A stretch of 13,679 nucleotides of DNA from Amoeboradix gromovi X-113 (Eukaryota > Fungi > Sanchytriomycota): contig JADGIF010000230.1 in NCBI GenBank assembly GCA_018985225.1, forward strand, positions 1 to 13,679. The letters run 5' to 3'. Numbering within the stretch: the stretch's first letter is position 1; each line of letters begins with the position of its first letter. Shown here one piece after another: positions 7,298-13,679 of this stretch. The notes beneath the pieces were generated by a model that was not told the DNA's origin, made no database searches, and saw nothing but the letters and a program-made list of their open reading frames with translations. Made by a program: the position numbers and the translations under genes.

Positions 7298-9897
7298 ATG
7301 AATTCTGTTTCTATATCTGGCAATCCAAATATTAATAACCAGTACGTAAAAGCTTCTTGTTCCATGTACAACATCTCAACTCGTCGATTTTTAGGAGCCA
7401 CATTATCAAGAGACTGCAAAATGCCATTTATTTTAAATTTTACAACTAATCATAGCGTCATTATTATTGAACTCTGCACTTTAGATATGTGCTCAAATGG
7501 ATTTTATGTACTCAACATCCAGCTCAATACCTTTCATTACTATCCTGGTACATGTCGCATCCTTCTAAGTGAGCCACTATTTGAATTGGAGTTTATACCA
7601 CATGAATTACAATTCAGATTCTCTGCAACTGATGTGATACTTCCTATCCCTTGTATACTTTCTAAACTACCTGATATGCAGAATATTAGAGTCAAAATAA
7701 TTGATCTGCAATATGATTCAATGGCCATCATTGATCTGATAAATAAATTTCATAAGAACCCTAGGTTTATACGCAACAATTACTATGTTTTGGTTATGTT
7801 TAACGATTACTTGTATGAACAACATTATTTATTAAGTAACACCACCTCTTTACTAACCATCCCTGAAAACAGTCACTTGTTTTTAGTCGTTGAATCCACA
7901 TATGAGCATGTGTCGAACCTAGATGTGTCTGAATTTCGAATATTACTTGGTTGGTGTGCCTTGCCTGCAGAATTGAAACAAAATAAATTGATTCAGAGTA
8001 AATCCCCTTTCCCATTCGAGGCTCATCCCTTGAATGATTCATTTCCGATTCAAGTTCACTATTCTTTGATTGTTGACGAAGTGCAGTCTCATAGCCCTAT
8101 TCTAAGAAGAAGAAGGACTGTCAAACGTAAGCCTTCCATGGAACCTCTTTTAGAACCAGGACTGGTGGATGATGGCATTCATCATAATGCTCCTATGATT
8201 GACAGGGGCATGAGTTTTGCTGATGCAATGAACAATGATCCATCGATTGTCCCCAAATCTGCTGATTCACTTGGCACCCCATTAATGTATGATTCACCTG
8301 CCCATTCATCATTAGAATCTAATATATCAGCAGCTCCAAATACTCTGCACAACTCTGGCTTGCCCGCTTCATTAGATATATCGCTTCCTAGCTCGATTAA
8401 TGCCGTTGCGCCGGATGTATCTGCCCCTCTGATTCCATCTTATAACTATGATTTGAACAAACAGCATGTTGAAAACAATCTGCCTGATGAGAGTAACTCA
8501 AGCATAATTGATTTAAATATAAAAAACTACAATTGTATCTCAATTGTTAATAACAACATTAATAGACAAGTGGTTTCTAAGGAATTACCCAACAACAACT
8601 ACATAACTGTCAGCTGTGCCATTTTTGCATGTATTACCATCAATAACATGGTACTGATCAACAAAAATGAGTATGCTCTAAAGTCTCCAACATTGTACAA
8701 CAAATTATACATAACAGTGGCTGAGTTAAATGACGACTATAATGCGATAAGCAGCAGCAGTTGGGTTTTAGATTTGGATATCCCATGCCACATCTCTATA
8801 AACGATAAAATTAACATACAAATTGGCAGCGAGTGCGTAATAATTGATGATCTAATAACGACGCCAATTAAGCACTTGAACAGATTAGACAGCGGAACGA
8901 GCAACAGCGATGTTTCATTGATTGACATTGACTTATTATTGAGCATTCCTAAGCTTACAGTAAACCAGATATTGGACGCGCAGAGAATTAATAACAGTTT
9001 CGAGATAACAGGGTATGTTTGCGGTGATTTGCATGTACCTGGTGATGAAGCTACAAGTAGTATAAAAAATATTCTGCACAATGATAAGTTGGAAAACAAA
9101 GGATCATCACCCGTTTATTGTAGACCAGTATTTAAGGTAAATTGTGCTGATGAATCTACCGAAATGCTTGCAATATTCACCTGCAAACCATTTCACATGC
9201 AGGTGGATGGCTACAAGTTCCATTATGACTTAGTGCCGTTACTGGGCATCAAGATAAAAACAATAAAAATGACAGAAACAGATGAATTAGAGATCAGTGG
9301 CATTTATGATGACGCCATATTTTATAAAATAGACGTTTTAAACAGATTCAAGCTCCAAAAACATGTGTTTAAGCATAGTTTGATAATTACACCAATAATA
9401 AATGAATCCTGTACACTGATGATTATACAGCTGGCGAAAATTAAAAACGTGCAGGTTACGCCAATAGAGTTGTACATGAACGAAAGCATCAAAGTTGAGG
9501 GCCATGATGTAAAAATTAGAGGAATAAAATTAATCAGCAACAGTGTGAATATACCGATCACCATTTACCCCATAGAGTATATAAATGTTGCAATAAATAT
9601 GAAGACTAAAAAATGTAAAGTTTTTGAAATAAAAAGAAAAATTCAACACAAGGCATATTATAACTAATGTAGCGCATATTATACACCAATAATTTGCTAG
9701 GAAGTGAGAACAAGGTGTTTATAGCATTTAGCCCAAGTAAAGGACTGGAGATTTTGAAAAACAAGGAATTTGAACTGGAATACAACCATCAGATAATAAT
9801 AGACATTAAAATATCTGAGTTAGTGGACATCTACTACGTATTTATCATATCAGACAATGAATGCTGTGAGGAAATTAAGTTTTTGATGAATAAATAG
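7298..9897 (+). CDS. NPHP4: Divergent nephrocystin-4 (ciliary transition-zone protein). Proposed join(7298..9652,9673..9897), about 859 aa.
   Basis: N-terminal motifs are collinear with NPHP4 as recalled: SMYNISTRRFLGAT ~ SFFDVTYRHFFGRT, SVIIIEL ~ IVAVVEV, SNGFYVLNI ~ SCGFGILRI, YYPGTCRILL ~ LYHGTPRALL. There is a central Ser/Pro linker and a beta-rich C-terminal half. The downstream ORF ends YVFIISDNECCEEIKF, resembling the NPHP4 C-terminus ILIYINDHEDKNEEAF. Confidence 0.7.
9653..9672 (+). other. Candidate 20-nt GC-AG intron GCATATTATAACTAATGTAG
   Basis: AAG|GC donor, branch-like ACTAAT immediately before GTAG, and it contains the in-frame TAA. Removal fuses the 789-aa ORF to the 9694..9897 ORF in frame (QHK|RILYTNNLLGSENK). 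Confidence 0.55.
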
Positions 9898-9935
9898 GTT
9901 TATTAAATAGAGAATTAGAGCCTGTTGCAGCATCG

Positions 9936-10520
9936 CTAGTTCACGTTGAATTTAAAAGGAAGTTTGATGTCATAATAATTTGGATATCCCATTTCATCCT
10001 TGATTCCTTGTTCTAATAGTATATGAAAAAAGTTTTCAATTGATTTGAGATTCTTCAGTTTTGTAGCATCACCTATTTTAGACTCAACAACGCAAGATTT
10101 TACAATGTTTTCAAGACCTGTTTCCAAATTAGAGATACCTCTAATGCTAAACTTGATACAATTATCGATGTAGTTGAGATAAATTATTATCGATATTTGA
10201 AGATTGATGCCAAGTTCTATCGGAAGACCTAAAAAGGGCATGTTCGTCGGATAATCGTATGAGAGAGTAAAACCGCCTGTTATATTAACATTTCCAGTGC
10301 ATTTGAGTGAAAGAAAAGTATCGTATCTATGGCGCTGTTGTTGCGGGTTATACCAGCTGTCCTTTGGATCCTGGATATTGAGTATCTGCATGTCTAAACT
10401 TTCAAAAAGAAGAGAGTCTATGTGGATTGACTTGAAATATGGGTTATCCAAATTTTCAATAAGGTCCTTTAATTTATTCTGAGCAAACTCAATTGCTTCA
10501 GGTTCAATAACAATAGACAT
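9936..10520 (-). CDS. MDM12: Mitochondrial distribution and morphology protein 12 (ERMES SMP-domain subunit)
   Basis: MSIVIE start, PYFKSIHIDSLLF, ILNIQDP...WY, LSYDYPTNMPFLGLPIEL, VESKIGD...LKNLKSIENF and DEMGYPNYY are collinear with Mdm12 motifs (MSIDINW, IKDICDP, LDYP..FVGIP, ESEIG..VLKNVGKVEKF, EFVYPSF). Confidence 0.85.
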   Translation of the reverse strand: MSIVIEPEAIEFAQNKLKDLIENLDNPYFKSIHIDSLLFESLDMQILNIQDPKDSWYNPQQQRHRYDTFLSLKCTGNVNITGGFTLSYDYPTNMPFLGLPIELGINLQISIIIYLNYIDNCIKFSIRGISNLETGLENIVKSCVVESKIGDATKLKNLKSIENFFHILLEQGIKDEMGYPNYYDIKLPFKFNVN

Positions 10521-10677
10521 GAACCAAGAGAAGTGGATGCACTAGTTTCGATTGGGGATGAACCAAAAATGATAAAACCAATGAGATTGTAAATACCTGT
10601 GACTAGTAACAGATAACACTTGGAAAGTTGATAATCGATGTTAATCCTAATACACGTGCTTTTGATTGTTTCAATTG

Positions 10678-11860
10678 ATGCTTATCAAGAAGAATGAATA
10701 TGTTTATAAAAGACCTGTAAATGTAAAATCTGTTGATTACAGTTATTATATACCATTGTTAGCGGACTTATCAGATGAAAAGTCGCTTCTCAAAACTATA
10801 ATCAAGTTAAAGAAACATTCCAGAATTGCTGCACCAATTGAATTAGTCGATCCACTGGTTCCTTTACTGTGTCATCACAACACGCACATTTTACTGAGTG
10901 TTTTGGATATCCTTGCAAGTGTAGTTGTGTTCAGACCAGTCCCAATGAATCTTGTCTATCCTTTAATTCATCACTTAGATTTAAGAATCCAGCAAAACGC
11001 TTGGAACCTCATCTCTAGCTCACTGCATGATGAAGAATGCAGAGATGCCTTGCTAAAAATGTGTATTTTGAATGAAATGAAACTAAACTTGAAAATTAAA
11101 AACTGTAATATTAATGTGCTAAAAACGGTACTGAGTTCGATTTACAACCTTGGATATTACATTTCTCTTCCTGAGGAATATTCTGCTATTATATGCGGCA
11201 ATTTGCTATCAATGCAAGGTGATGTAATTAAGTTTGCATTGTTAATACTTGCACAAATAGCCAACAATTCTATGATGGTGCATGAGATAATGCAGTCTAT
11301 TCATTTGACACAGTTATTTGACCTCATAATCAGCTCTAATGAAGATATTGTGCTAGCAGGGTTAAAGTTTGTACTTTCCTTAACTGCTGGTGACTCAGCT
11401 GATGTCGTTCAGCTTCTGGATTCAAGCCTTGATAAACTATTAGCCTCAGCCAATGATACACATCATGAGCTTGTCGCTTTTATTTTAACGAATGTTGCAC
11501 ATCATAACACTGAAATTCCAATGGCCTATCTAAACAAACTTGAAGAATCGGACTATGAGCTGATTTGCGTTCTAATTGAAAAAGATGTTACCCTCGTCCC
11601 GCGCATTGCAGAAACTTGGATTCCAATTTTGATTGCGAATATGAATGACCCGAACTCACTGTATGCATTAAAAGTGATATTTGAGTATGGGAAGTGCAAC
11701 AAAGGTAACAAAGTTTTATTTAGATAACAAATATGTAGCGGCTGCTCGAAAGCATCAGATAGAATCAAAGCTAGGTTTAATGAGCTCCAAATTCGCATTC
11801 GGTCTTATTGACTTGTACTTTGATGACAGCTTAGTTGACTGGGTTTTTGTCAATAAATAG
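10678..11860 (+). CDS. Divergent importin-alpha-like ARM-repeat protein. Proposed join(10678..11704,11724..11860), about 387 aa.
   Basis: Helical ARM repeats (LVDPLVPLLCHHN, IQQNAWNLIS, LIISSNEDIVLAGLKFVLSLTAGD, ELVAFILTNVA, ALKVIFEYG). The spliced last exon gives DNKYVAAA...AFGLIDLYFD, matching the importin-alpha ARM10 pattern (NPYA...AYxIIxxYF). Confidence 0.7.
11705..11723 (+). other. Candidate 19-nt GT-AG intron GTAACAAAGTTTTATTTAG
   Basis: AAG|GTAA donor and TTTAG acceptor. Removal switches to a frame open to TAG 11860 that encodes the expected family C-terminus. An in-frame alternative acceptor at 11738 would give 34 nt. Confidence 0.7.
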
Positions 11861-12452
11861 TGTTTTTCGCAATAACTAGAAAAACTCTTTACAAAAAACA
11901 TCTCAAGTAGCATCAGTTGGGTAAATGTATCATAATTCTAACTGGCCATGCTCAAAGTGGCAGTTTGCTGTTGTCAGTACCTTGAACTCCACTCACCACT
12001 GTATTTAGAAATAAACAGATCATTCTTCTTATATCAAATAAAAATGGTGAAGTCTTATACGATACACAACCATAGTGTGCTTGCTTTGCTTATCAATGCA
12101 ATAGCCATAGTAGTAAATTTTTAAATCCTATTTACACTGACTCTAATTTTATTGTCTTTATATCTGCATTATCGCGCTTTTGTTTGTAGCGAATGTATTT
12201 TCTATCACGAGCTCTTCAACACCAACAAATTTCTGCTAAGTCAGTATATCTTGCGCTAATTTAAGGTCACCGTAATGGCCTTTTACGTTTAATATGTAGC
12301 TTAGAAAATCAGGGCACCTGCAAATATGAATTGGCTAGTTTTTGCAGCGGATTTGCAATGGTATATTAAAGATTAGTTAGAATTTGTCGTATGTTTACGC
12401 CATCGGTGGCCATAAAAAGCTAGAAATTCCACAGAATTTTAATAAATGTTTA

Positions 12453-13373
12453 TTAAGAAAACCCTTCTTCTTCATTTATTTCCTGAATATTTATCGGAGA
12501 TGGGGCATTCATAGCATGCGGTACTTGAGGAATGTTTGCAGATATCGTATTAGATAGTTTCGCTACTTCAACGTCCAAAAACATAACTATGTCCCTAATA
12601 TTCTTTTCAACAGACTTATGGTTTCCTGAAATTACATCCTCAATTATTAACTGAGCGGCCGACAATTCAGTCGGCAATTCTATATTTCCGCCACCTAGTA
12701 ATGCGATTGACGCACTGCTACCTCCCAAATTTGATATGCACTCATTCATGTAGTTTGTGGCATTTTCTGCCTCATTTATAGCCAAATATATGATGACAAT
12801 CGACAGCTGTACTTTTGGAATTCCTGGCTTCTTGTAACTAGCGAGTACCAATACTTGTTTCTTATACAATTCAATTGCCTTTTTATACAATTTGTTCTTC
12901 AAAAAGAATCCAGTGCTCTTCTTAAAAATATCATGGGATAACAAACCTTTATCATTATCGACTAGCACATCAACTGCCTTGGTGTAAAAACTTCCGGCAC
13001 CAGTAATATCGTTTGCAGATTCTGCAGCTTGGGCAGCGTTACTAAACATATCACTGGCGGTGTCGTTTTGTGCTAGTTTACGATACAAATCACCAGCTTT
13101 ATCAAAAGCAATAACACTCTCAGGTAACTTACTGCTTCTTTTTAGCAACTTTGCTAGCAGTTCCTGACATTTCGCGGCTTCAAATATAATACCAGCTTTG
13201 ATTAGATTTTCGGTAGCACACTCATAGCAAGTGATGGCCTCAGTAACATCTGTATTTGCAAAAACACCAGCAGCACGTTGATAATATATTCCGATGTTTT
13301 CATAGTCCGGTGCCCAACCAAATGACAGAAATGGCTTCTTTTGTAAGTCCAAGGCTTTTTGTTTATGCTCCAT
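12453..13373 (-). CDS. NAPG: Gamma-soluble NSF attachment protein (gamma-SNAP)
   Basis: KPFLSFGWAPDYENIGIYYQRAAGVF resembles gamma-SNAP FLKWKPDYDSAASEYGKAAVAF. It also has FEAAKCQE, TPR-like helices, FLDVEVAKL (~YMDNDYAKL) and an acidic C-terminus EEEGFS. Confidence 0.85.
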   Translation of the reverse strand: MEHKQKALDLQKKPFLSFGWAPDYENIGIYYQRAAGVFANTDVTEAITCYECATENLIKAGIIFEAAKCQELLAKLLKRSSKLPESVIAFDKAGDLYRKLAQNDTASDMFSNAAQAAESANDITGAGSFYTKAVDVLVDNDKGLLSHDIFKKSTGFFLKNKLYKKAIELYKKQVLVLASYKKPGIPKVQLSIVIIYLAINEAENATNYMNECISNLGGSSASIALLGGGNIELPTELSAAQLIIEDVISGNHKSVEKNIRDIVMFLDVEVAKLSNTISANIPQVPHAMNAPSPINIQEINEEEGFS

Positions 13374-13679
13374 GTTTTATAAACTTAATGGCTATCGATT
13401 TTAATGAAATAAACCACTGATAGTGATTGCATGAATTCTGTTATTCGAACAGTTTTTAAGAGATCATAATTCTATAAAAACCAGATTTTCTCATCTACGA
13501 AAAACACTGGAAAACAAATGTGTCATCAAATATAAAAACTGGACTAACTTTCTGTAACAACTTGGAACATTTCAGCTTTGTTAATTCTATGGATTTAAGA
13601 GACGAGTGGACATTGAGCTAGTTGCGGAGTTGACGAGTATAAAAGGAAAATAAATAACTTTTTGTATCGAAATTTCAAA

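Noticed and set aside
8127-8153. GTAAGC...TTTTAG, a 27-nt in-frame intron-like segment in NPHP4
   Set aside because: It is stop-free and lies in a low-complexity linker, so nothing in the sequence requires splicing. It cannot be supported without cDNA.
615-11798. Short ORF-track ORFs nested in or antisense to the main genes (615..800, 888..1154, 2273..2488, 2385..2624, 2803..3042, 3057..3320, 3868..4083, 5511..5699, 7540..7731, 7800..8042, 8737..9099, 9322..9564, 10297..10482, 11553..11798)
   Set aside because: These are shadow frames overlapping better-supported genes, several with non-ATG starts and none with recognisable motifs.
12278-12286. GCCTTTTAC, identical to the U5 snRNA loop-1 core
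   Set aside because: The flanks do not form the stem that should close the loop (CGTAA/TTACG pairs into the motif itself). There is no downstream CCG internal loop or convincing Sm site, so it is probably chance.
13434-13621. Open stretch ILLFEQFLRDHNS... extendable by a 22-nt GTAACA...TTTCAG segment
   Set aside because: It has no in-frame start codon or recognisable homology, so it is too speculative.
1-13679. Prokaryotic features (operons, CRISPR arrays, IS elements, defence systems), tRNA and rRNA genes
   Set aside because: All recognisable genes are eukaryote-specific. I saw no repeat-spacer array, transposase, terminal inverted repeats or tRNA/rRNA-like sequence.

Overview
This is eukaryotic, AT-rich, extremely gene-dense DNA read in the standard code (TAA, TAG and TGA all end genes). 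It holds about 9 complete genes plus a possible 5' gene fragment at the left edge. In order: a small coiled-coil protein, a compact Polo-like kinase 4 (PLK4), an HSP20/alpha-crystallin-like protein with an RG-rich tail, two tandem type-I membrane LRR receptor-like proteins, a very divergent nephrocystin-4 (NPHP4), the ERMES subunit Mdm12, a degenerate importin-alpha-like ARM protein, and gamma-SNAP. Centriole/transition-zone genes together with ERMES and strong compaction suggest a reduced, flagellate early-diverging fungus or relative (for example sanchytrid-like); this is inference only. The main signal is that three ORF breaks are each repaired by removing a 19-20 nt GT/GC-AG segment, which points to ultra-short spliceosomal introns. 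A second signal is that PLK4 has Glu at the conserved T-loop Thr position and lacks the degron-bearing linker. All family calls were made by eye from remembered motifs; no searches were run.
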